A DNA stretch of 64,000 nucleotides from Chiloscyllium plagiosum (taxonomy: Eukaryota), in assembly GCF_004010195.1 (NCBI RefSeq), contig NC_057742.1, positions 11,761,341 through 11,825,340 of the forward strand, in the 5' to 3' direction. This document shows positions 39,282 through 51,437 of this stretch, piece by piece (the stretch's first letter is position 1; each line of letters opens with the position of its first letter). The notes beneath the pieces are model-generated. The model was not told the DNA's origin. It searched no databases and was given only the letters and a program-made list of their open reading frames with translations. The translations under genes were made by a program, and so were the position numbers.

Positions 39282-39830
39282 CGTCTCTTTCTCGGCCTTC
39301 AGCTCATCGATCTCCCTCTCCTTCAGCTGGAGCTGTTGTTGTTGCTGCTCGATCAGGTCGAGTTGCAGGAGGACGATCTGTTTGAGGCGGGCGCTCTGAG
39401 TGGGGCCCGGGCCTTGAGGCTGAGACGACGGCGGCTGCTGGACCTGCTGCTGTTTCTTCAGCTTCCCCCAGTGCAAGACCTCCAGGCCGGACAAAGGCGC
39501 GGCGCCATCGCCGGGCCCCCCTCCTCCTCCGCCGCCGCCGCGGCCCACACTGTCCCCGGCGGGGACCAAGGCTGCACCCCCTCGGCCCCAGGCCGCCCCC
39601 GCTCCAGCCCCTCGGCTCCCTTTGGCCGCCTTGGCCTCGCCGCCGTTCATCCTGCCTCGGCCGCCTTTGGGAGGAGCCGGGTCGCCGTCGCACCGGAGCG
39701 TCTCTCCTCCCGCTTCCCCGCCGCCGAGCTCCTTGGTCGCCACCATCGAGTAATCCGCCGCCGCCGCCGCCCGCTTCTCGGCCTCCGCCATCCCGCCCGG
39801 TTGCTTCAGTAAACCCGGCTTCATGGTCAT
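39282..39830 (-). CDS. MSL1: MSL1 exon 1 coding part (MTMK...RLKQIVLLQLDLIEQQQQQLQLKEREIDELKAEKET)
   Basis: Conserved MSL1 coiled coil LKQI.LLQLDLIEQQQQQLQ, ACG|gtgagg donor, CpG island, 549 nt. Confidence 0.93.
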
Positions 39831-40194
39831 GGCCTGCCGGGGGGCGAGCCGGCTGCCGCCCGCTCCTGGCGGAGGCTCGCTCCCTGCCCGGCGGGCGGCT
39901 GCTTTCCTTCGGCGGCCGATCTCCCCTCACAGGAGGCTGGGAAGCCGGGGCGCGGCTCGGATACTGCGGCCCGGCCGCTTGAGTTCAGTGTCTGCTCTTT
40001 TATTGTTAATGGGTATCATTCATTCAGCGGTGTCTGTTCTGTGCTGGTTGTGGCCCGGACCCTCCCGGTTTGTTTTGTTTCTCCCCCCCTCCTCCCCTCA
40101 ATGTCCCCCCTCCCTCCCATCCCCCACCCCAGGACCCGGCACCGCGCAGGCGCCGCCCTGTCCAAGCGTCACCCGCACGCACTGACCACGTGAG

Positions 40195-41330
40195 AGGAAG
40201 TGGCTCTCTATTCATCCTCAATGAGGAACCCTCACACTCGTTCCCAGTCCAGGACAGTGAGGAGCCTTCAGGTTGACTAGGAGATTGCAAGACGCACACT
40301 CAATTCCTGTCCAGGAGAGTGGGGAATCCTCACACTCACTTCCCATTCAGGACAGTGAGGAACCCTCACACTGATTACTTGTACAGGAAAGGGGTAGGAC
40401 TCTCACACTCAATAGTTGCCTAGGAGAGGGGAGGGACACTCAAATATCACCTGTCCAGGGGAGTCCCACTCACTCTCCATCCAGGACAATGAGAGACCCT
40501 CACGTTGACTAGGAGAGTGCAAGACACTCAATCCCTGACCACAAGAATAGGGGACACTCTCACCATCATTCCCTGTGCAGTACAGTGAGAGACACTCACT
40601 CCCTGTCCAGGACAGTGAGGGACCCTACACTCACTCCCCGTCCAGGACAGCAGGGGACCCTCGCATTCACTTCCCGTCCAGGACAGTGAGGGACTCCCAC
40701 ACTCCTTCCCTGTTCAGGACCTCAACCGACCCTCACACTCACACTCTGTTCAGTACAGTTAATGACCCTCACACTGACTCCCTATTCAATATAGTGAAGA
40801 AGTCTCACACTCACTCTCTGTTCAGTACATTGAAGGACCCTCACACTGACTCTGTCCAGTACAACAAGGGATCCTCACACTTGCTCCCCATCAAGGATTG
40901 TGAGGGACCCTCACACTCGCACCCCGTCCAGGACTGCGAGGGACTCTCACACTCACTCCCTGTCCAGGACACTGAGTGACTCTGACACTCACTCCCCATC
41001 CAAGAAGGCGAGGGACTCACGCTCTCACCCTGTCCAGGATAGCAAGGGACTCTCTCACTCACTCCCTGTATAGGTCAGTGAAGTGCCTTCATGTTCTCTC
41101 ATTGTCCAGAACAGGGATGAACCTGCTCACACATTGCCTGACTATCACAATGAGACACATTCACTTCCAGTTTAGAACAGTGAGGGGCCCTATTCACAAT
41201 ACAGTGTCTACAGTAGAGTGTGACACCACTTCCCCAAAACTATGGAGTGGGAGACCCGATAATAAACAATGAGAGATCCATTTCCTGTCTTAGTCTGAGT
41301 GAGAGGACACATTCTGTCCCTAACACATTG
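40195..41330. repeat. Degenerate 35-36 bp minisatellite (CACTCACTCCCTGTCCAGGACAGTGAGGGACCCT-like)
   Basis: Tandem units clearest at 40590-41060. Confidence 0.85.
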
Positions 41331-41399
41331 AGTCATCCCCTGTCTGTGACCTAGTCTCCCCTGTCTGTGACCCAGTCTTTGTGTGATCTATTTTGACTT

Positions 41400-42260
41400 T
41401 TATACTGTGACGCTCAACCATAATGTCCCTGTTAGAGTTTGAAGGTGGCCTATACAGTGTCCCTTCTGCAATATCAAGTTAATCGATGCAGTATCTCTGA
41501 TGTAGTCTGAAGCTGATATAATCAGTCATTTCCCTTGCTGCATCTCAAGTTGATAGATTCACTCAACGTCCTTGGTGCGGTCTCAGACTAATGTATTCAC
41601 TTAGTGTCCCTGCTGCAGTTTCAGGTTGTTCTCTACAATGCTCCTGCTATCATATGAGCCTGATCTATTTACTCATTGTCCTTGCTACTGTCTGAAACTG
41701 ACAGTGTATATTCATAGACTGTCCCCACAGCTGACTTGATCTTATATTTTCTACAAGCATACTGTAATCTTGAGGCTGATATCTTCATTCTGTGATGCAA
41801 TGCACCATAATAGTCCAAAGCAGCATAATTTATTCACTTTGCTGGGGAAAATATTGAAATTAAAGAAAGCAGAAGTGATTTTGTTATGATATTTGTGGGA
41901 ATGACATAATCAGGCAAATTTGTCATCTGGAAAATAAATAGTATGTTTCCTTGAAGATTTCCCTGATTTGCTATTATTATTTTAGCAGAAGTCCAGCTTA
42001 GTTGCATGAATAAGGTTCCTTTCAACTTCCACTGCTGATTTATTCACATTGTCCCTTGTAGCAGTCTGAGGTTGATATATTCACTCTGGGTCCCTACTAC
42101 AGTATAAGGCTGCCATATGCATTCAGTGTCACTGCTGCTGTCAGAAGCTGAGTCATTCACTCGTTACCCTTGCTGCAGTCTCAAGTTGATGAATTAATTC
42201 ACTGCCTCCGCTGCTGTCTTAGGCTGATGCATTTGGTCACAGCCCTTTGCTGATTTCTGA
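41400..42260. repeat. Highly degenerate 36-38 bp tandem repeat (TCACTCAGTGTCCCTGCTGCAGTCTCAGGTTGATATAT-like)
   Basis: Recurring TGTCCC..TGCAGTCT..G(C/T)TGAT units, interrupted at about 41800-42025. Confidence 0.65.
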
Positions 42261-42275
42261 AACATGCATTCAGTT

Positions 42276-42403
42276 CCTGAAGAAGGGCTTATGCCCGAAA
42301 TGTCGATTCTCCTGTTCCCTGGATGCTGCCTGACCTGCTGCGCTTTTCCAGCAACACATCTCCGGCTCTGATCTCCAGCGTCTGCAGACCTCACTTTCTC
42401 CTC
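42276..42403 (+). mobile_element. Single-arm Penelope pLTR fragment starting at the hammerhead core
   Basis: CCTGAAGAAGGGCTTATGCCCGAAATGTCG...CACTTTCTCC; 9-bp TSD CATTCAGTT at 42267-42275 and 42404-42412. Confidence 0.8.
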
Positions 42404-42529
42404 CATTCAGTTGCTACCTCTACTATAGTCGCCATTGATGCATTGAATTACACTTAGCTCAACTTAGAATAAGTTGCACTTTCAGCTTTCTGTCCAGTTA
42501 TTTGCTCTCTCCCAACCTTAGAGTTCAAT

Positions 42530-43088
42530 AGGACCTTGAACGGATGGGGCGAAACGTGGCTGATGGAATTAAATTCTGATAAATGTGAGGTGCTGCATTT
42601 TGTTAGGGCAAATCAGGGCAGGACTTATACACTTAATGATAAGGTCTTGGGGAGTGTTGCTGAACAAGGAGATCTTAGCATGCAGGTTCATAGTTCCTTG
42701 AAAGTGGAGTTGCAGGTAGTCAGGGTAGCGAAGAAGGCATATGGTATGCTTGCCTTTATTGGTCTGTTCAATGAGTATTGGAGTTGGGAGGTCATGTTGC
42801 AGCTGTACAGGACATTGATGAGGCCACTTTTGGAATCCTACGTTCAATTCTTGTTTCCCTGTATAGGAAAGATTTTGTGAAACTTGAAAAGATTCAAAAA
42901 AGATTTACAAGAATGTTGCCAGGATTGAAAGATTTGAGCTCCAGAGAGAATAGGCTGGGGCTATTTTCCCTGGAGCATTGGAGGCTGAGAGGTGACCTTT
43001 AGGACATTAGGATGAGTTGGACGGAAGGATCTGTTTCCGTGCTGTACATTTTAGATTTTTTTAGATTAGATTAGATTTCTATGATTCT
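42530..43088 (+). mobile_element. Internally deleted CR1 fragment
   Basis: WLMELNSDKCEVLHF...LRGDL, then a jump to the 3' tail. Confidence 0.85.
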
Positions 43089-43110
43089 AAAATGTTTAAA
43101 GTCTGAGCCA

Positions 43111-43987
43111 AACCGGTCAGGCAACATCCAAGGGGCAGGAGAATCAGCGTTTCGAGCATAAACCCTTCATCAGAAATGAGGCTTGTGGCCCAAAGGGGCT
43201 GAGAGATAAATGGGAGGGGGTAGTGGGGCTGAGGGGAAGCTAACTGGGAATGCAATAGGTAGATGAAGGTGATACATCGGAGAGGAGGGTGGCGAAGCTA
43301 GATGGGCAGGAAGATGGACAGATAGGACAGTTCAAGAGTGCAGTGCTGAGTTGGAAGATTGGATCTGGGATAAGGTGGGGGAGGAGAAATGAGGAAATTG
43401 GTGAAATCCACATTTATCCCGTGTCGTTGGAGGGTCCCAAGGCAGAAGATGAGGCTTTCTTTCTCCAGGCTTCGAAATGTTAGGTTACGGCAGTGGAGGA
43501 GGCCCAGGACTTGCATGTCCTTGGCAGAGTGGGATGGGAAGTTGAAGTGTTCGGTCCACAGGGCGGTGAGGTTGTTTTAATGCATGCAGAGATGTTCTCT
43601 GAAATATTCCGCAAGTTGGTGTCCTGTCTCCCCAGGGTAGAGGAGACCACATTGGGAGCAATGGACACTGGCATGTGCGGAAGTACAGGTAAATCTCTGT
43701 TAGATGTGGAAGGATCCTTTGGGGTATTGGATGGAGGTTTTGCGTCGAAGTTCTCCAACCTAACACCTTCATCTACCCATCGCATTCCCAGCTACCTTCC
43801 CCCCCTGCCCCATTATCCCCTTCCATTTATCTCTCAGCCCCTTTGGGCGACAAGCCACACTTCTGATGAAGGGCTTGTGCTCAAAATGTTGATTCTCCTG
43901 CACCTCAGATATTGCCTGACTGGCTGTGTTTTTCCAGCACCACAGTCTTTGAATCTGATCTCCAGCATCTGCAGTCCTCACATTCTC
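43111..43987. mobile_element. Penelope-like element with GIY-YIG remnant (minus) and inverted pLTRs
   Basis: Minus strand HCSQCGLLYPGETGHQLAEYFREHL at about 43590-43665. 16-bp TSD TTTAAAGTCTGAGCCA at 43095-43110 and 43988-44003. Hammerhead-like cores near 43145-43175 (-) and 43862-43892 (+). Confidence 0.85.
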
Positions 43988-45019
43988 TTTAAAGTCTGAG
44001 CCAGTTTCTACTGCTGGCACTTGGCCCAGGCTTCTCCTAATGCTAAGGTGCAGCTCAGCAACATAATTTACAAACACAAGATTGGTTTCAATGTCCATGG
44101 CAATGATTCCTAACTGTTCCCATCTGGCAACATCCTTAATTCCATTACCATAGTTGCTCTGCCATTCCAGGACTGAATTTTGCAACGGTATAATTGAACA
44201 GGAATAGTTCAGGAGTGAGGAGGAATACAGCATACGGGTGTAGGCTATTCGACCTTTTGAACCTGCTCTGTCATTCAATATGATCTTAGCTGATCATCCA
44301 ATTCAGTATTCTACTTCTGTTTTCTTCATTCTACAGTAAAAATGTTGACAACAGAACTTTTGAAAACTGTCTCTTTATGGTCATTAGTTCACTTACCAGA
44401 AACGTTATATCACCTCATTTCTAATCATCTCGCACACATTAATTTTGAGTTGCAAAATTAAAAATAGCTACTAGTGATTCAAATGTTTTGGAAGAAGTTG
44501 GCAAATGCCTCATTTAACACTTCTCATTTGTTGTCGACCTTTTTGCTCCATCAAGAGAAAGCTGAGATTTAATCATACATGAACTGTGATATGAAAGTAT
44601 CTGGTCCTACTAAACATCCAATTGTTAGTAATGCAGAATTTCACTGAACCTTGCATGCAAATGGTATAACCTCTCCCTATCTTTGATCTGCAACTCTGTG
44701 TCAGCTCTTCTAATTCTTTTGACTGTACCTGATTTAATTGCTCTATTACTGGTGACCATGACTTCAGTTATCAAGGCCATAAATTCCAGAATTCCCTCCT
44801 TAAATCTCTCCATGTCTCTACCTCCATCAAGAAGCTCTTCAAAATCTACCTCTATGACTGAGCTTTTGGTCATTTGCCCTCATTTTCTGAAGATGTAATT
44901 AGTGGGGCAGAGCTGTTCTGAAGAACTCAAAGTGTTAACTTTGTTTCTCTTTCCACAAATTCTATCAGACCTGCTGAGTTTCTCCAGTCTTTTTGGTTTT
45001 TAGTTTAAATACTGAGAGA

Positions 45020-46270
45020 TTGTTGTCTGGCGAATCTAGAATACAGGATAGGGAACAGTCCAGGTCAAGGGCTCAATTGCATAGGACTCAGATGACGAGA
45101 AATTTCTTCAATCTGAAGCTATGAATCTTTGGAATTTCCTTCTTCAAAGGGTTGTGGATGATCCATAATTGAATATATTAAAGGCTGGGATTGACAGATT
45201 TTACTGGTTGGCAAGATGTTATGAGTGATGTGCCACAGGAATCAGAGCTAGGACCTCTATCTTTTAATAATTTACATATAAAACCTTTGGTTGGAAGTAC
45301 TCAAAGATATCATTGCTATATTATTTGCTGACACAAGGATAGTTAGGAAAGAAAGTGGTGAAGTGGATATAAGGAGGCTACAAAGGGATACAGATAGGTT
45401 GAGTGAGTGACCAAAGATCTAGCAAATGGATCAGCATGCAGAAAAATGTGAAACTGTCCATTTTGGCAGGAAAAAAAAAGAAAAGAAAGCTCTGAGATGC
45501 AGAACAATCTGAATGGCCTATTGCATGAAAGGTTAGTATCTGTGTATGGCAAGTAATTATGGAGATTATAGAATATTATAGTTATATTTGAGGGGAATTT
45601 AATTCAAAAGTAGGAAGGTTATTCTTCATTTATATGGAGCATTGGTGAGACCAAAGCTGGAGTACAGTGCGCAGTATTGGTTTCCCTATTTAAAGAAATA
45701 TCTAAATGTTTTCAAAGTAGTTTAGGGAAGGTTCACTAGAGTAATACCTGAAATGGGTAAGTTATCGTGTAAGAAAAAAATTGAACAGGACATGCTGGAA
45801 TCCATTAATGGTTAGAAGAGTAAGAAGCAACTTGAGTAAGACATGTAAGATCTTAAGCCTTGACACGAAGTTTCTTAGTGTGGAAGAATTTAGAATCAGG
45901 GTCACCCAATTATGGCAGGGATCATGAGTTTTTTTTCTCTCACAAGCTTGTGAGCCTTTGGAACTGTCACCCTGAAAAGCCAGTGGAAGCTGAGCCTTTG
46001 AATATTTTTAAGGCAGAGGTGGATAGGTTTTTGGTAAGCAAGGGAATGCAAAGTCATCATCGGTAGGAGGAATGTGTAGTAATCAGATCAGCCATGACCT
46101 TGCAGAGCAGGCTTGAGGGGCGGTGAGGCGCATTCCTCGTTCAAATTTTCCTGTGACCGCTCATATTCTGAAAGGAATCAAGGGACATAGGGAGCAGTTG
46201 GGAAACTGAAGTTGGAGGTAGAAGATCAGTCATGATTGTACTGAATTGTGGAGCAGGCTTGAGGAGTTTA
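45020..46270 (+). mobile_element. Cluster of old CR1-clade LINE fragments
   Basis: Eroded RT motifs (GTGCCACAGGAATCAG..CTAGGACC, TTTGCTGACAC) and FFSHKLVSLWN. Confidence 0.65.
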
Positions 46271-46289
46271 CTCTTGGCTTGCTTCATAA

Positions 46290-46992
46290 AGAGTCATGAA
46301 GATATACAACATTGAAACAAACCCTTCGGTCCAACTCGTTGATACCAACCAGATATCCTAAATTAATCGAATGAGGTTAAAAATAATGACTGCAGATGCT
46401 GGAAACCAGATTCTGGATTAGTGGTGCTGGAAGAGCACAGCAGTTCAGGCAGCATCCAAGGAGCTTCGAAATCGACGTTTCGGGCAAAAGCCCTTCATCC
46501 CATTTGCCAGCATTTGGCCCATATCCCTCTAAACTGTTCGTGCTCATATACCCATCATTCACTTTTCAAATGTTGTAATTGTCCCAGCCTCCACCACTTC
46601 CTCTGGCAGCCCGTTCCATCTACACACAACCCTCTGCATAAAACATTTGCCCCTTAGGTCCTTTTTAAATCTTTCCCCTCTCACCCCAAATCTGTGCCCT
46701 CTAGTTCTGGACTCCTCCTGGGAAAATACCTTGTCTATTTACCCTATATATCCCACCCTGATTTTATAACCCCCTATAAAGTCACCCCACAGACTCCGGC
46801 CCTCCAGGGAAAACAGCCCCAGCCTATTCAGCCTCTCCCCAGTTCAAACCCTCTAGCCCTAGCAACTTCCTTGCAAATCTTTTCTCAACCCTTTCAAGTT
46901 TTGCAACATTCTTCCTATGGAGGGAGACCAGAATTACACACAATATTCCAAAAATGGCCTAACCAATGCCCTGTACAGCTGCAACATGACCT
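46290..46992 (-). mobile_element. CR1 3' portion interrupted by a Penelope pLTR fragment (about 46369-46499, minus)
   Basis: CR1 tail is split by GATGAAGGGCTTTTGCCCGAAACGTCG... on minus. Confidence 0.85.
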
Positions 46993-48645
46993 ATATGTTC
47001 TAATCTTGTTATGTATTCAGTATCTCACATTTTATGGAACCTATGAAGCATCTTGGTATATTTTATTATGTTAAAGAGGCTTTATAAGTACAAGTTATAA
47101 TGCTCCTGTGAAGCAATTTGGTCCATTTTATTAAATCAAAGTCATTGCAAACACTATATTAAACTCATGCTACATGTGCGCAGATGCATAACATCTTTGC
47201 ACCAGTTAATTTCTTATGATTTTGCCACACAGAATAAGTTCTAGTTAATTAGATCTAATGGTGTTCAACTGTCTGAAATTAACTTGCAGGTAGTTTCAGT
47301 TGGTGTCTCTGAAACTACTATTTCCAACAGTGAAAGGGCCAGTTACAGCTCAAAGTGGGTTTCTGGCGGTATGTTGTATCCTGTTCTCATTGTGGAAGTA
47401 ATAGAATTGTAGACTTGAATGATGCATTTTCTTCTGTCAATAAATTGACTAAACAATGTGAGTGCTAAAAGGCTAAGGGCCCTTTCTGAAAAATTGATTT
47501 ACTGAATTAATAAAATTCCTGTACTTTTCAGTTTTCAAACACAATTGACTTACTTCTTAAAACGCATTGCATTTTTTATGTATGTCACACATTCATTACT
47601 GGGGCTTCAATCTTTCAGACTATGTACCAAGATGTTCACCACGAGATCAAAGTTCTCAAAATTCCAGAAACTGAAGATCCCTTTATAAAATCTAGTGTAT
47701 TACTGCATTGAGTTGGCTTTATCTTGGTAAAGCTGTGGAAAATCAACTGCTTTTACCAAAATTTGTTAATATTAATGTTTATTTCCTTTTGTTTCCATTG
47801 CCACTCCAATCTACAGCACTTTCATAATGGTGATAGTTTTCAGACAATTCATCTTGATGTGGCTGTTAGCATTCAGGTCTTTGAAGAAAAGGCAGTGGGT
47901 TCTCATCCTATTCTGGGATTTGACCAGGCTTTCTGGACTTCCATTTCAGTCAGCTCTGGTACCACCACCGGCTGGTCATACAGCAAAATTTGGAGAGAGT
48001 TGGGTGCAACAAAGGCACATTTTAACAAAATATTGGAACTGAAAGTCAGACAGAAACCCATGCAGCTGCCCGAAAGTCAGAATTAATTTACTGCTCTGTC
48101 AGTTTCTGACACAGGTACAATTACATTATCATCAAATTGCTGGTGGATAATGTGATTAAGCATTTTCTCTGTTAGTATAACTGATTCACACATTTAAACC
48201 CTTCTCGTCCCTTGATAGTTATTTTAAGCAACCTGTTCTGACACATTATTACACACCTGTGGAGCAAATGAAACTTGAACCCAGGACTCCTACCGTACAT
48301 TGCCACTATTCCACAAGACTCTTAAAATATTGTCTAGCCAAACTGTTCAGACACACTTCTGGGGCTGGGGAAATCTTCAACCCAGCCTTCTGGCTGGGAG
48401 GTGGGAAAATATCTCAAAATTATCTGAACTCTTTATATCTTCGTCTTAAAAGACCAAAATCTGACTTGGAAAGTGACAATCAAGCTTTTCTCTGATAATC
48501 CAATGTAATAAACAGAAGATATTGTAATAATTGTTCAGGATTAAATTTCAATCTGACAAACACCATACCCCAGTTAATAGGTCTTTGATTGCATGGAATC
48601 CATAAAACATAAAGGTTAGATTTAAAATTGCTGAAGGTGATGATG

Positions 48646-49241
48646 GCTGGAAATGTGTTGCTGGAAAAGCGCAGCAGGTCAGGCAGCATCCAGGGAACAG
48701 GAGAATCGACGTTTCGGGCATAAGCCCTTCTNNNNNNNNNNNNNNNNNNNNNNNNNNNNNNNNNNNNNNNNNNNNNNNNNNNNNNNNNNNNNNNNNNNNN
48801 NNNNNNNNNNNNNNNNNNNNNNNNNNNNNNNNNNNNNNNNNNNNNNNNNNNNNNNNNNNNNNNNNNNNNNNNNNNNNNNNNNNNNNNNNNNNNNNNNNNN
48901 NNNNNNNNNNNNNNNNNNNNNNNNNNNNNNNNNNNNNNNNNNNNNNNNNNNNNNNNNNNNNNNNNNGGTGGATGGGAGATCCCCCGAGGTGATGAGGTTA
49001 TGGACGGTCTGGGAGATAATGGTTTGTTTGTTCCACCTATCACATTTCCGACGCCCCTCCCCCAAGTCCCTCCTCCCTACCTTTTATCTTAGCCTGCTGG
49101 ACAAACTTTCCTCATTCCTGAAGAAGGGCTTATGCCCGAAACGTCGATTCTCCTGTTCCCTGGATGCTGCCTGACCTGCTGCGCTTTTCCAGCAACACAT
49201 TTCCAGCTCTGATCTCCAGCATCTGCAGACCTCACTTTCTC
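48646..49241. mobile_element. Young Penelope-like insertion with inverted pLTRs spanning an assembly gap
   Basis: Inverted arms either side of N run 48732-48966; 15-bp TSD CTGAAGGTGATGATG at 48631-48645 and 49242-49256. Confidence 0.85.
49114..49149 (+). ncRNA. Minimal type I hammerhead ribozyme motif in pLTR
   Basis: CUGAAGA (49118-49124), stem II GGGC/GCCC, GAAA, palindromic stem III ACGU, predicted cleavage after GUC (49145). Stem I is weak, with one U-U mismatch. Confidence 0.6.
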
Positions 49242-49912
49242 CTGAAGGTGATGATGTTTTGGTAACTATTTTAGTCCAAACCAAAAGTGTGTCATTACAT
49301 ATCTAAACATGTCAATTACAAATGGATAACATTGTTGTGTTATTTGATGGGATTTTTTCTTATTCTTAGAAGATGCTGCACCTTGAATCCTTTCATGCAC
49401 AGGTAGAAATGTCATTGTGAGTTGGGTTTGTGTTGTTAAATCACTATTTATCAGTTGCCGGTTCCAACTTAGCAGAAATAAAGTGATTGTAGGAACTGCT
49501 CACCCATATTTCCAACCTTGAGCCAAACCAAACCAAAATCTGAACACCAATCTGGTGGTTTCTCCAATTCATGGACAAGGTGATCCTGAATTCATTCATA
49601 CTATCCTTTAAGCAATATTGTGTCTTATAAAATGTGATTGGCAAATCTTTACGGTATCATTCCCTCAACTGGAAAAGTCTAGAACAAAGAGATTTTGACC
49701 ACATCACATCAATTGCTAGAAGTTGTTCTCAGAGTGACTTGGGATGACAGTGACAATCTTGCCAATTTGCAACTCTCCGTTCAGGAATTATTGTTTAAAA
49801 TGATTTTTAAAGACAGGGTTACCCCAGCAACGGTAATTACACTGTTCCATGGCCTTGTATATGTCTTGGTGTCAACCAATTTTATGTCACATTGTTACTC
49901 CCCCAGATTTTG

Positions 49913-50231
49913 TGGGCAGCACGGTGGCACAGTGGTTAGCACTGCTGCTTCACAGCGCTGGAGACCCGGGTTCAATTCCCACCTCAGGTGACTAACTGTG
50001 TGGAGTTTGCACGTTCTCCCCGTGTCTGTGTGGGTTTCCTCCGGGTGCTCCGGTTTCCTCCCATCGTCACAAAGATGTGCAGGCCAGGTGAATTGACCTT
50101 GCTAAATTGCCTGTAGTGTTAGGTAAGGGGTAAATGTAGGGGTATGGGTGGGTTGCGCTTCAGCGGGTTGGTGTGGACTTGTTGGGCTGAAGGGCCTGTT
50201 TCCACACTGTAATGTAATGTAATCTAATCTA
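49913..50231 (+). mobile_element. HE1-type SINE
   Basis: Full head, V-domain and tail. Confidence 0.9.
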
Positions 50232-50844
50232 AAAAAAAATTTTGAAAACATTTATCAAATCTTCTCTCCAAGAAAACTAAGTTCCACCTTCTCCATCTTT
50301 GACCAAAGTGCCTCCTGTAATCAAACCTTTTCTGCATTCACATCTTTCCAAGAGAATGCTGCTTAGAATTGTAAACAACACTCAGCTGCAGTCTCACCAA
50401 TGATTTGTGTTTCTCCATTGGAACATTCTGTAAAATGATGGGACCTTCGACATCCGATGGATACCACAAAATGGATTGTCTAATTTTATATGTTTCTTCT
50501 TTATAATGGTATTGCTTTTCTTTGAGGTGGGGCCCACTTCAGAATCATGGAATCTCTATAGTAGGCCATTCGGTCAATCGATTCCACACATACTCAATCC
50601 CTACTCTATCCCTGTAACCCTGCATTTCCCATTGTCAATGCATCTCAACTGCACATCTTTTGACTGTGGGAGGAAACCCATGCAGACACAGGGAGAATGT
50701 GCACACAGACGGTCACCCGAATGTGATTCATGCATTTGTTTTGTTCCATGACACTAGGGCAATTCAATAAGTCCTTTTATGAACATTTTTTAAAGGAAAG
50801 CTGCACCATCTTTTAGATTGGAAAATAGGAGCCACAGGAGCAAC

Positions 50845-51094
50845 TTTGTTGACTACAATTCCCAGGAGTCTCTAGCCAGCGGGCAGTCTCTCACACACAC
50901 AATGACGTGAGGCATTCTGGGAGCTGTAGTTTTGACCGCCTGACCACACCCCAGTGTTGTCGGAGCAAATTATGGTTCCCGTATGTGGGAAATCCGGGAA
51001 TTGTAGTCCCTTCCGGCCCGAAACGGCACTTCCTGCCTACAACCTCCGACATGCACCGCGCCAAGAGACCTTCCGGTTGCCTCCATAGAGGAAG
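50845..51094 (+). promoter_or_regulatory. CASC3 proximal promoter/5'UTR
   Basis: Three ACTACA/ZNF143-type motifs (50851-50865, 50917-50930, 50994-51008), CRE-like TGACGTGA 50903-50910, ETS-like CTTCC motifs, YY1-like AAGATGGCGG over the ATG. Confidence 0.75.
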
Positions 51095-51241
51095 ATGGCG
51101 GACAGGCGGCGGCGACGCGCCTCTCAGGACACCGATGAGGACGATGAGGATGTGCCCCGGTCGGACGTGGAAGCCGCTCCTTCAGTCGCTTGCATCCTGG
51201 ATTTATCCGGCGTGCAGGCTCGTGAGGCCGAGTCTGAATGT
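51095..51241 (+). CDS. CASC3: CASC3 (MLN51/Barentsz) exon 1: MADRRRRRASQDTDEDDED...AESEC
   Basis: Diagnostic N-terminus MADRRRRRASQD, TGT|gtgagt donor, 147 nt. Confidence 0.93.
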
Positions 51242-51326
51242 GTGAGTGTACCTCTAGTCTCTGTGCGGCGGGAAGAGAACAGGGCCTGGAGCTGTGGATC
51301 CAACCTGGTCGGTGAAGGAGAGGGCT

Positions 51327-51437
51327 CCGGCCTGTGGTCGCCCACCGGGCGCTGGGACCGGCCTGTGGTCACCCACCGGGCGCTGGGACCGGCCTGTGGT
51401 CACCCACCGGGCGCTGGGACCGGCCTGTGGTCACCCA
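51327..51437. repeat. 31-bp GC-rich minisatellite, about 3.6 near-identical copies
   Basis: CCGGCCTGTGGTC(G/A)CCCACCGGGCGCTGGGA at 51327, 51358 and 51389, partial at 51420. Confidence 0.9.

Noticed and set aside
38978-40185. Long overlapping ORFs (39192-39812 +, 39304-39930 -, 38978-39385 +, 39823-40185 +)
   Set aside because: Shadow frames of the GC-rich MSL1 exon 1 CpG island, where stop codons are scarce.
40575-40979. 134-aa ORF with repeated DPHTHSLF
   Set aside because: Translation of the minisatellite; no splice or homology support.
40195-42260. CRISPR-like array of about 36-bp palindromic repeats
   Set aside because: Units are contiguous and degenerate with no unique spacers, there are no cas genes, and the context is vertebrate. 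It is a minisatellite.
48480-49174. ORFs spanning the N run
   Set aside because: Artefacts of translating through the gap.
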